From Candidatus Saccharimonadota bacterium (GTDB taxonomy: Bacteria > Patescibacteriota > Patescibacteriia > 2-12-FULL-60-25), in assembly GCA_023898425.1 (NCBI GenBank), contig CP060222.1, positions 660,001 through 692,000 of the forward strand: a stretch of DNA of 32,000 nt, read 5' to 3'. Made by a program: the position numbers and the translations under genes. Positions 7,632 to 16,207 of this stretch are shown piece by piece; within the stretch, counting starts at the first letter, position 1; every line of letters begins with the position of its first letter. The notes beneath the pieces are model-generated. The model was not told the DNA's origin. It ran no database searches and saw only the letters and a program-made list of their open reading frames with translations.

Positions 7632-10600
7632 GCGGGATTTTTCAGAATGTTTTCAAATCTATATTTGCCATCTTTATCTGCTATCACATCCTTAACACGA
7701 AGCCCACGGCTAAAGAGTGTAACGCGTGCTCCAGGTATAGGGTAATATCGATACAACGCATCAAGCACCTGACCTTCAATCACACCGTCTCCAATTGCAT
7801 CCGAACATTTAGCACAACCAGAATACTGACACGTATTGTTACAAGTAATTTCATCACGTCCACTCACCTGACGATTCGCAAAGTCATACCCAAGCGCCTT
7901 ACAGCTTACATTTGGATCAATAGCAACACCTGCTTCACATTGCTCTGGGCTATTTTCATCAACACGTCCATTGCCACAGTACCCACCTGACTGCGCTACT
8001 TGCTGACAAGAAGTCGTACAGGCGAGACACGTTGAACCATAGTCGGCACCATCTGGACATGCGCCACCGTTTTGTGAGCCGAGATCACATTGCTCAACGC
8101 CTGCGTTAATTTTTCCGTCACCACAAATATTCTTTTTACACGAATTTGTATACGTGTCGGTATCGCTACGATTACCGTCATCGCATTCTTCGCCTTGGTC
8201 GACGTTACCGTCTCCACAAGAGCCGACTGGTTTACAGCCAGACCAGTCAGCAAATTGACACTGATTCTGCAAGCCTGGAGACGTACAAACACGCATATTT
8301 TGTGTTTCGTACTCTGCGCAAGTACCGCCTACAGAGGCACAATCGCTATTTGTATTACACGAAACAAAGTTATTCTCTGGAGTTTTAACGGTACAATATT
8401 TCACAGGAGAACAGCCTTCTTTTGTTGTTTCGACATTACCATCGCACTTCTCATACGGAGCGTCGACTTTATTATCACCACAAAATGGCGCAACACCCTG
8501 ACATGATTGAGAACAGGTTAATGCCGCATTACAACCCGGGCCACAATACTCACCATTACGATTACCCAAATCGCAGAGCTCACCCGGTGCTAATTTGTTG
8601 TCACCACAGTAACTATCATAGCCTGTACAGGTACGATTACAGCGACCATAGGTACCATTAAGCGCACTTCCGTCATCACAAACTTCGAGAGTAGGTAGTT
8701 CTGTACATGTGATATTCGAACCTACCGGATCACCCGGTGACTGACATTCGGCTGCATTGCCTGCGTTAGTACATGCTTGACCATACTTTAACCCCTCACC
8801 ACCAAGACACTGTGCACGGTCAATACGACCATTGCCACACATGCTTTGTGCAACACAGGTAGCATTTGATGAATCAACAAAGCCTTTACAATCGTTACAG
8901 ACTTGTAGTTTTGTCCCTGCTGCACCGGAGGCTGTAGAACAAGAAGCGCCACGCGTATCCCCTACTTCACAGACTTCGTTTGTACCGATAACACCATTAC
9001 CACAAACATCGTCTTGGCCGTACTCGGTACCTTGGCAAATACCGCTGTACTTCCAAGTGCCACCAACCGTGAGACATTGACCCGTAGAAACTTGAGCGCC
9101 CGTTGGGCTTGTAACGGTACAATTCGCATCAACAGAACAAGGGCTATCGATATTTGTACAACGCTTAGCTTCTGTTTGTAGTGATGGCACATAACGTGAG
9201 GCATCTGCTGCTTCGAGCTCTGTTCCGAGTTCGAATCGACGGCCACCATCTACGGCACGATATTGATAAATACGTGATACCGATGCTTGTGGTGACGAGG
9301 TATTCAAAACAGGACACATATATCTCTTTGAGATTGTGTTCCAACACGTTGTCGCCTCGAGGCCTGTTTGATTTGCAGGTACATTACAAGTTTGACCAGT
9401 ACCACAATCTGAATCGGTCATACACGCTGATTGTGACGTAGAACAGAATCCACAAGACAAGAAGCGATTTACAGGATCCGTAGCACCGTTATCACCAAAG
9501 ACGGTTTGCCAGCTCGGCCAACGACTCGTCGACATACCCTGAATAAAGCTACCACTATCAAGCGTTGGATAGGTGCCGTTTTGCTCTTTTGTAAGCTCAA
9601 GATTATTACTCATGCGAGAAATATCGGCGATACGCTTAAGATCACGCTGTAACTTAGGCTTAAAGCTCGCACAACGTAGATTGGTATTCTTTTGTAAACA
9701 CTCCCAATCTGCCGTACAAGTGACGCGAGCACCGTTTTCACGATAGGTTTCGCTTACCGAATGACCTGGTTCAGCGATGGCATATTCACAAGCATTTTGA
9801 ACATCATCTTGAAGATTTGCGTTTAAGAAGAAGTTTGCAACAAGCTGATCAAAAATACCTTGCGTGATCTTACTTGCATCGGGGTTACGTGAAATGATGT
9901 AGATATTTGGATAAACGTCGCCATTAGCAAGATCGTTTGTATTTGCTGCCGAAACATAAACAGTAGCTCCATCTTTGAGTGCCTCGTAACCATCGACCGT
10001 TGCTGACTGCGGTGAACCCGAGAACCCTTTTGATGCAAACCAATCACGTATATTTAAGTGCAGTGGATTAGACATCACACGAATACCGATACCATCCCCT
10101 GCTAATTCTGGTGAGCTAGCTGTATCAAAACTAAGAAGATATTGACGTAATACACCTTGTGCACGATCAGCATTTGATAGCTCCACATGAACAGCATTCA
10201 TCGAAGGTAGATCATCTGCTGTGAGATCAAGACTCTCTCCATCGCGACAATACATCGTAGAGAAGTTAAAGAATGTTGGGCCATTAGCTATTTCAGGAGC
10301 ATAATGAGCAAGAGCATCAGAGTTTTCTACATCAGCAAATGCACCCAGATTACGTGCTGGCCATGGATTTTCACAAAGAAGAGCTGTACTCAATAATGCT
10401 CCTCGAATAATTTGATTTGTTGACGAAGGTGTTGTGACGGCATCGTTTGTAATACGTAACTCAGCTGAAATATACGAGCTTCCCATCTTGTCTTTTGAAG
10501 AAACATCTGCCTGTGTGCCACCGACCTGATTTCCGGCGATACCAGCAACAGAGAATACCGGCTCTTCAGAAGAGCTCCATGGCTGCCACTCCCAATTATA

Positions 10601-13600
10601 TTCTGTAACAGGTGACAAGAGCGAAGCGGACCCTGCCTGAACCGAAACAACTTGAGCATTGTACCGATGGGTCTCGTTTACTTTTGTAAAGGTAGCTGGT
10701 GAATCAACGTTTGTATCCGAAACACGAATATCCGATATCGTACAAATGCTTGCACCTGTAGTAAATGGCCAGAATTGTGATCCTGACATTACAACACCGC
10801 GCTTAGACATAATGCCCGTTTTACCATCTGGGTTATCCGTAAGATTTACGTCGCCACGTACCAATACACCGTATTGTGTATTCGCTTTTAATGCCGAAGA
10901 GATATACAAGTATGCCGTCGTTTGACCATTTGATTCTGTTGTAGAAATCGTTCCTTTTACACTGCCTGCACAATACACATCCGCTTGAGCTGGCTTTACA
11001 AAGAACGCGGTTACCCAGTTTTTGATTTTTGCAAACCAACCTTGCGGAGAAGCTTGTACGATAGTGACATCCTCAAGACCAGCAGGACACGCAGTACCTG
11101 AATGTACTTCAGTAATAATCAAATGATTCGTAATAGACTGCTCATCCATTAGCGTATTGAACTTAAGAGTGAAAGCTGTATTGCGACATACACCCGTTGC
11201 GCCTGAAGCTGGTGTCGCCGAGACAATATCCGGACGTGGCGCACAGCAACCCGATTGATCAAGGCCAGTCCCACTAGGACAAGACAGCTCCGTCGTATAA
11301 CCACATTTTAACCCATAGACCGCTGAACCTGTTTTTTGTGTGACGGTTGCGTTTAGCACCGAGCTCATAAGTCCGCTTGCATCTGGGTTGGCTTCGCCTA
11401 CGATTTCAGCTAGCTGAATGGCATCTGGGCTTGTACCAGCACCTGCACTTTCACACATAATGGATTCACCGATACCTGTGACACCATCACCACAGAAAGA
11501 AGGGTTGATATAGGATGCAGACGAACCCTCTAAGAGACAACTACTCGAACAGCCGTCACCTGCTACTGAATTTCCGTCATCGCAGGTTTCGCCTGCAGTA
11601 AGATCTGTATTACCGTTGCCACAACAAGCACCGATACTGGTACTGGTACATGCTTGCGTACCCGTCTTGAGACAGGTGTTTGCATCACAGCCTGCGATAG
11701 GCCATACACCGCCGATTTTTTCACAGGTCTCACCGGCTTCTTGAATACCATTGCCACAAAGCGCAACAACCGCTGTTGATCCTTCGTTGGTACAAATACT
11801 GCTACAGCCGTCACCGCTACGCGTATTACCGTCATCACAAGACTCCCCGTCAGCAATGTCTCCATTACCACAAGTAGAACCACCTTCGTTTGCTCCCAAT
11901 ACCTGACAATCTGCTGAACAGCCCGGTGTACCATTTGGACCTGGGTCACATTGCTCCCCACGATCAATAGTTCCATTACCACATTGTGCGCTCGCTGAAG
12001 GCTTCCAAAGACACTGCGAAGAACAGGTTGCTGTTTCTGAACCTTCGTCACACTCTTCGCCACCTATAGCATCTGCAGACAAGATGACACAATTATCTCC
12101 AAAAATCGTACGCCCATTAATACAGTAGGCGGCATTTTTTGTTTCGACGATACGGTTTCCGCAAGAAGCCGTTTTTCCTGCGACACCTGTAGCACCGGTT
12201 TGGATACAACGGTCTGTACAACCTGCTGCACGATTTTTTGATGTACTCACCAAGCCTGTAGAAGGAGCGTTTCCGTTACCACCATTAATAAAGCGACTTA
12301 CGTCACCGCTTTGATCAATAGACCAATTGTAAGACTGGTTATTTGAGAGGATCTGTCCTTTTTGTGAACAGCTATCAGGAGCGGATTTTGTGCTTGCCGC
12401 AAACAATTGTCGTTGACCAACAACTGTTTCGATCTTTTTCATCGGCGAAACATCAACAGCCGCAATACCGCACATCGTGTCATCTGAGTCTTTTACACGG
12501 AAGGTCCATGTATATCCCTCAGGGCTATTTAAGTCGGTAAGGAGTAAGCCATCAACCGATCGCACACCCTGCAAAGTACCACCACGAACCGTAACTTTAT
12601 AGAACTTACCACGTTGAAGCAGTGTATTGCCTTGGTTATCCAACATGTCTAGCTTTGCAAAACGTAGCTTTGGATCATTTGAGCCAGGTACCGCCGAAAG
12701 CGTTGCCGAAGGTAATTGACTTGGCATCCAAATTTGATCAAAGGTGCGGCAATTTTCATTGGTACAACGACGTACTTCAAAGGCATTTGCTACAGAAGCG
12801 GCATTCATTGGCACACTGAACTCAGCCCATACGGCAGCATTGCTACAGGCGCTGTCACAACCCGGACCATAATTAACTATTGTTGGAGGCTGTGGACGAA
12901 TATAGAGATCGGCTGTATCAAGATAATCTTCACCACCAAGTACGATAGCAAGCTCAACTTTGACAGGGTCATTACCCGTATCAGCAAGACCTGTTGCAAC
13001 TTGATCAAGAGACTGTGTTTGGCCATCAATAGTATTTGTGATAGATGCACGACCATCTGAAGTAGACCATTGTGCTGTATACGTAAGACCATTCCAGTTC
13101 ATCACGATACAAGCATCCTCTCTTGGATAACCAATAACGGTATAGTCACGTGTTTCATTTAAGGTGCTCATCTCTGCTGTATTTGGCAATACATCAATAC
13201 TTCCTAAGAGACAAACATCCGCTTCGTTACGTGTTTTAAACGTAAAACAGTATGCATTACCAGCGCCACACTCGGTATTTTCTGCCATTGGAATACCTGT
13301 TGAGGACAAGATGCCTGTAGTAAGAACAACTTGATAGGTTGATTGTTCGATCCAAGTACCACCAACAACCTGTGCTTGAATATATCCTTCGTCACCATTA
13401 GTACCTACTCGTGGGTAGTTTGGGGCAAAATCAACCAACTCTTTTGTGACACAAGCGTCAGCACCTGATCCTGTACAACGATAAAGCTGAATGGTACGGG
13501 ATGAGCCGGTCCCTACAATGCTTGTCTCATCTAGATGAGTATTAAAGCGCAAATACACGTCACTATTTACACAAACATTATTTCCGCCTTGATGGTTACT

Positions 13601-16201
13601 CCATGGCGAAGGTGATGGAGGTTTATTTTGGCTACATTCTTCGATAACCAAAGGATTAACCGGGATAATACCCGTAGAAACCGTCCAAGCAAATTGAGCC
13701 GATGTAACAGCAGCCGCACAGACACCACCAACCGAACAAGCACCTGAAGCACAACATTGTTCGCTTGCACCACAAATACCGGCATTTTCTTGACAGCTTT
13801 GCACGGCAAAAGGCACCGCATTTGAGTTTACGGCATTGACGGCTACCGACACATTGCCCGTTCGTGAACCCGCTGGCACAAAAGACGAAACCGTCTGACT
13901 CGTCCAATCCCCGCTTTCAACTGTTGCATCAACGCGCGCGGTGCCTGTACCCGTAAAGGTAAGTTGACCAGCATTTGAAAAATTCTCACCAACGACGTCG
14001 ATAGGTGTTCCAACAGGACCTGATGCTGGGCGAATCGCACAAATACCAGGAGTAGGCGTACCACTCTCAACCACAAAGCTCGCCGCCGAAGATGCGACAG
14101 CATCAGAACGCTCAAGAACAACAGTATAAGGCCCAGGAGCAACTGCTTCGTTTCCAATACCCGCACTGACATTTGCAGGAACCTTAACGGTGACCGCTGT
14201 ATTTGACCAAAAGCCTGTACCACAAGCTGCTGGAAAATTTGTATCTGCAATACCCGTTGCACCATCAGCACGTTTAAAGGTTACCTTACCTACCGTATTA
14301 CCAAAGTCCGTACCTTGAAGGGTAATATATTGCCCGATAGCACCACGATCCGGCGTAATACTATTAATTTTTGGCGCTGATGCAGCTGTTCTCGTATCGA
14401 TTCTAAAGGCTCGTTGATTTGAAGAGATATTGTTTGATACGACAGAAACCGGATAGTTTGCCGGAGTATAAACAGGGGTATTTAAAATAATCGATGTGTC
14501 GGACCATGTTTGCACGGTTGATGCTTCGCGATCAGCAAAAAAGACTTTTCCGGCTGTTGCACCAAAGCCAATACCACGAATCTCGATACGATCACCACTA
14601 AAACCTGAGTCTGGTGAAATCTGACATATCGCAGGATGAGCAACATCATTAACAACAAAAGGCTCTAAAACAGGACCGTTTGTATCAATTGAAGAATCCG
14701 TAAGATTATTTGTTGCATGTTGCACATCAAGTCCACCCGTCTCAGCGCCAGCAGGTACCTCTACAAGAATTGAATTACTCGTCCACGTTGCAACACCGCT
14801 TGCAAGACAAGCCTGCGCCGGTTGCGCCACGACACCATTCGTAAAGCGAACGGTTCCAGGCGAATTACCAAATCCACGACCCGTAATTGACACGACGGTT
14901 CCTGGGCGACCATCTAGAGGTGAGATACCTGTAATGAGCGGCGCATCGACACAGATATTATTCACACAAGCGCCCGAAGAACAATCGCTATTACCAGTAC
15001 AACTAGTGCCTGAGCAAGCGCCGCAAGATCCTCCACAATCAATCGCCGTTTCATCACCATTCAATAAACCATCAGCACAGTAAGCAGGACGAACGGTAAT
15101 TGTTATTGAATTTGAATTGGTAAAGTTTGAATCTAAATCAAAGACTTTTACAGAGAGCGTGTGGCTTCCTGGTGTTAAAATCGTTGAGTCAATCTGACCA
15201 GAAAGCGTCGTAACCCCATTATCAGTGCCAGAAATAACGGCATTACCTCTCGTGCTGCCGTCTAAAAGAATTTCTGCCATTGAGATACCCGAATCATCGG
15301 TTGCTGTAGCAGATACAGAAACCGAGTCGCCCTGCACAAAAATCGCTCCGTTTAATGGTGTGACAAGACTAACGCTTGGCGCTTGTGTATCCACAAGATC
15401 ACCTGTTTCAAAATCCGCTGTACATGCTGGTGCAAAACCGCCACATGTAATCGCGAGTCCTGATACTGAACGCGTACCGCTTCCAACACGAATGGTAAAA
15501 CCTGTATTTGCCTCTAAACATTTACGATCTTCGTTTGGTGCTGGACATGTTGCCGTAGGGACAAAGGTTGCTACCGAACCGATAAGCAACCACTCACCTT
15601 CGACAGCTGATTGATCCGATGTTTTAACAACCTGAATATCAGCATTCGTCGCATCTACTTCGCGAGAAAAAACGATACGAGGCTCAACATTACGCAAAGG
15701 CACTGAACCCGTAGGTGTTATGCTTTGAACTTGAAAAGATTGGCTTGAGCCTCCCCCACCTAAGCCACCACCGGAGCCAGAACCACCAGAGCCGCCACTA
15801 CCACCATTATTCCCATTGGTAGCAGACAATAACGTACTAATAACAAAAGCCGTGATCCCCCATGCTGACAAAATAATCACTAAACCGATAACGGCATTGG
15901 TAAGGGTTCGTTTTGCTTTTGCGATTTTTTCTGCATCTCCTCCAGAAGTCATCCATGTAAAACCCGCATACAAAATAATCAAAACAAGAATGATTCCGAT
16001 AATTCCGAGTGTTGCATTGATAATACGCACGATAATGGTGCGCGGATCTGTTCCTGATAGGTTTACCGTTTGACCCACTTCGTTGAGGCCAAGCGTGTCT
16101 TGTGTTTGCGCAAGAACTGATGGCGCATAAACAGCAAGAGCCATCATGACGATGATGGCGGCAAGTGGGGCGATCCAGCCCAATAAACGTTTGTTTTTCA
16201 T
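7523..16201 (-). CDS. Giant (2892 aa) surface protein: signal peptide, VirB2/TrbC-like pilin hairpin, Gly/Ser linker, Ig-like domains, 4x IPT/TIG, SbsA/Big_5-like Ig domains, two arrays of CGNG...CDDGN...GDGC Cys-rich repeats, and a C-terminal carboxypeptidase-regulatory-like beta domain
   Basis: Uninterrupted 8679-nt ORF with ATG at 16199..16201 and TGA at 7523..7525. The N-terminus MKNKRLLGWIAPLAAIIVMMALAVYAPSVLA|QT is followed by two TM helices around LYAGFTWMTSGGDAEKIAKAK. The domain motifs are read directly from the translation. Confidence 0.92.
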   Translation of the reverse strand: MKNKRLLGWIAPLAAIIVMMALAVYAPSVLAQTQDTLGLNEVGQTVNLSGTDPRTIIVRIINATLGIIGIILVLIILYAGFTWMTSGGDAEKIAKAKRTLTNAVIGLVIILSAWGITAFVISTLLSATNGNNGGSGGSGGSGSGGGLGGGGSSQSFQVQSITPTGSVPLRNVEPRIVFSREVDATNADIQVVKTSDQSAVEGEWLLIGSVATFVPTATCPAPNEDRKCLEANTGFTIRVGSGTRSVSGLAITCGGFAPACTADFETGDLVDTQAPSVSLVTPLNGAIFVQGDSVSVSATATDDSGISMAEILLDGSTRGNAVISGTDNGVTTLSGQIDSTILTPGSHTLSVKVFDLDSNFTNSNSITITVRPAYCADGLLNGDETAIDCGGSCGACSGTSCTGNSDCSSGACVNNICVDAPLITGISPLDGRPGTVVSITGRGFGNSPGTVRFTNGVVAQPAQACLASGVATWTSNSILVEVPAGAETGGLDVQHATNNLTDSSIDTNGPVLEPFVVNDVAHPAICQISPDSGFSGDRIEIRGIGFGATAGKVFFADREASTVQTWSDTSIILNTPVYTPANYPVSVVSNNISSNQRAFRIDTRTAASAPKINSITPDRGAIGQYITLQGTDFGNTVGKVTFKRADGATGIADTNFPAACGTGFWSNTAVTVKVPANVSAGIGNEAVAPGPYTVVLERSDAVASSAASFVVESGTPTPGICAIRPASGPVGTPIDVVGENFSNAGQLTFTGTGTARVDATVESGDWTSQTVSSFVPAGSRTGNVSVAVNAVNSNAVPFAVQSCQENAGICGASEQCCASGACSVGGVCAAAVTSAQFAWTVSTGIIPVNPLVIEECSQNKPPSPSPWSNHQGGNNVCVNSDVYLRFNTHLDETSIVGTGSSRTIQLYRCTGSGADACVTKELVDFAPNYPRVGTNGDEGYIQAQVVGGTWIEQSTYQVVLTTGILSSTGIPMAENTECGAGNAYCFTFKTRNEADVCLLGSIDVLPNTAEMSTLNETRDYTVIGYPREDACIVMNWNGLTYTAQWSTSDGRASITNTIDGQTQSLDQVATGLADTGNDPVKVELAIVLGGEDYLDTADLYIRPQPPTIVNYGPGCDSACSNAAVWAEFSVPMNAASVANAFEVRRCTNENCRTFDQIWMPSQLPSATLSAVPGSNDPKLRFAKLDMLDNQGNTLLQRGKFYKVTVRGGTLQGVRSVDGLLLTDLNSPEGYTWTFRVKDSDDTMCGIAAVDVSPMKKIETVVGQRQLFAASTKSAPDSCSQKGQILSNNQSYNWSIDQSGDVSRFINGGNGNAPSTGLVSTSKNRAAGCTDRCIQTGATGVAGKTASCGNRIVETKNAAYCINGRTIFGDNCVILSADAIGGEECDEGSETATCSSQCLWKPSASAQCGNGTIDRGEQCDPGPNGTPGCSADCQVLGANEGGSTCGNGDIADGESCDDGNTRSGDGCSSICTNEGSTAVVALCGNGIQEAGETCEKIGGVWPIAGCDANTCLKTGTQACTSTSIGACCGNGNTDLTAGETCDDGNSVAGDGCSSSCLLEGSSASYINPSFCGDGVTGIGESIMCESAGAGTSPDAIQLAEIVGEANPDASGLMSSVLNATVTQKTGSAVYGLKCGYTTELSCPSGTGLDQSGCCAPRPDIVSATPASGATGVCRNTAFTLKFNTLMDEQSITNHLIITEVHSGTACPAGLEDVTIVQASPQGWFAKIKNWVTAFFVKPAQADVYCAGSVKGTISTTESNGQTTAYLYISSALKANTQYGVLVRGDVNLTDNPDGKTGIMSKRGVVMSGSQFWPFTTGASICTISDIRVSDTNVDSPATFTKVNETHRYNAQVVSVQAGSASLLSPVTEYNWEWQPWSSSEEPVFSVAGIAGNQVGGTQADVSSKDKMGSSYISAELRITNDAVTTPSSTNQIIRGALLSTALLCENPWPARNLGAFADVENSDALAHYAPEIANGPTFFNFSTMYCRDGESLDLTADDLPSMNAVHVELSNADRAQGVLRQYLLSFDTASSPELAGDGIGIRVMSNPLHLNIRDWFASKGFSGSPQSATVDGYEALKDGATVYVSAANTNDLANGDVYPNIYIISRNPDASKITQGIFDQLVANFFLNANLQDDVQNACEYAIAEPGHSVSETYRENGARVTCTADWECLQKNTNLRCASFKPKLQRDLKRIADISRMSNNLELTKEQNGTYPTLDSGSFIQGMSTSRWPSWQTVFGDNGATDPVNRFLSCGFCSTSQSACMTDSDCGTGQTCNVPANQTGLEATTCWNTISKRYMCPVLNTSSPQASVSRIYQYRAVDGGRRFELGTELEAADASRYVPSLQTEAKRCTNIDSPCSVDANCTVTSPTGAQVSTGQCLTVGGTWKYSGICQGTEYGQDDVCGNGVIGTNEVCEVGDTRGASCSTASGAAGTKLQVCNDCKGFVDSSNATCVAQSMCGNGRIDRAQCLGGEGLKYGQACTNAGNAAECQSPGDPVGSNITCTELPTLEVCDDGSALNGTYGRCNRTCTGYDSYCGDNKLAPGELCDLGNRNGEYCGPGCNAALTCSQSCQGVAPFCGDNKVDAPYEKCDGNVETTKEGCSPVKYCTVKTPENNFVSCNTNSDCASVGGTCAEYETQNMRVCTSPGLQNQCQFADWSGCKPVGSCGDGNVDQGEECDDGNRSDTDTYTNSCKKNICGDGKINAGVEQCDLGSQNGGACPDGADYGSTCLACTTSCQQVAQSGGYCGNGRVDENSPEQCEAGVAIDPNVSCKALGYDFANRQVSGRDEITCNNTCQYSGCAKCSDAIGDGVIEGQVLDALYRYYPIPGARVTLFSRGLRVKDVIADKDGKYRFENILKNPACSSYKIVVDYYKDNICTGSKPEDLLMDVMDSLGVY
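7799..9013 (-). repeat. Cys-rich repeat array 2 (degenerate CGNG/CGDN/CGDG...C(D/E)...C units) inside the giant gene
   Basis: Repeat units seen: CGNGVIGTNEVCEVGD, CGNGRIDRAQC, CDDGSALNGTYGRCNRTC, CGDNKLAPGELCDLGNRNGEYCGPGC, CGDNKVDAPYEKCDG, CGDGNVDQGEECDDGNRSD, CGDGKINAGVEQCDLGSQNGG and CGNGRVDENSPEQCE. Confidence 0.65.
11442..12063 (-). repeat. Cys-rich repeat array 1 (Myxococcus-type cysteine-rich repeat pattern) inside the giant gene
   Basis: Repeat units seen: CGNGTIDRGEQCDPGPNGTPGCSADC, CGNGDIADGESCDDGNTRSGDGCSSIC, CGNGIQEAGETCE..., CGNGNTDLTAGETCDDGNSVAGDGCSSSC and CGDGVTGIGE. Confidence 0.7.
13798..14941 (-). repeat. Four tandem IPT/TIG-like Ig domains (protein-level repeats) inside the giant gene
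   Basis: The four repeats start at PLITGISPLDGRPGTVVSITGRGFG, PAICQISPDSGFSGDRIEIRGIGFG, PKINSITPDRGAIGQYITLQGTDFG and PGICAIRPASGPVGTPIDVVGENF. Confidence 0.75.
15743..16201 (-). other. N-terminal module of the giant protein: signal peptide, pilin-like two-TM hairpin (aa 33-126) and Gly/Ser linker (aa 127-153)
   Basis: The segment TDPRTIIVRIINATLGIIGIILVLIILYAGFTWMTSGGDAEKIAKAKRTLTNAVIGLVIILSAWGITAFVISTLL is followed by NGNNGGSGGSGGSGSGGGLGGGGSS. Confidence 0.7.
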
Positions 16202-16207
16202 GTGAAA

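Noticed and set aside
7523-7652. Programmed -1 ribosomal frameshift joining the giant gene to the 375-aa ORF.
   Set aside because: There is no X-XXY-YYZ slippery heptamer in the zero frame of the overlap and no obvious downstream pseudoknot. I kept only the weaker statement that the junction is ambiguous.
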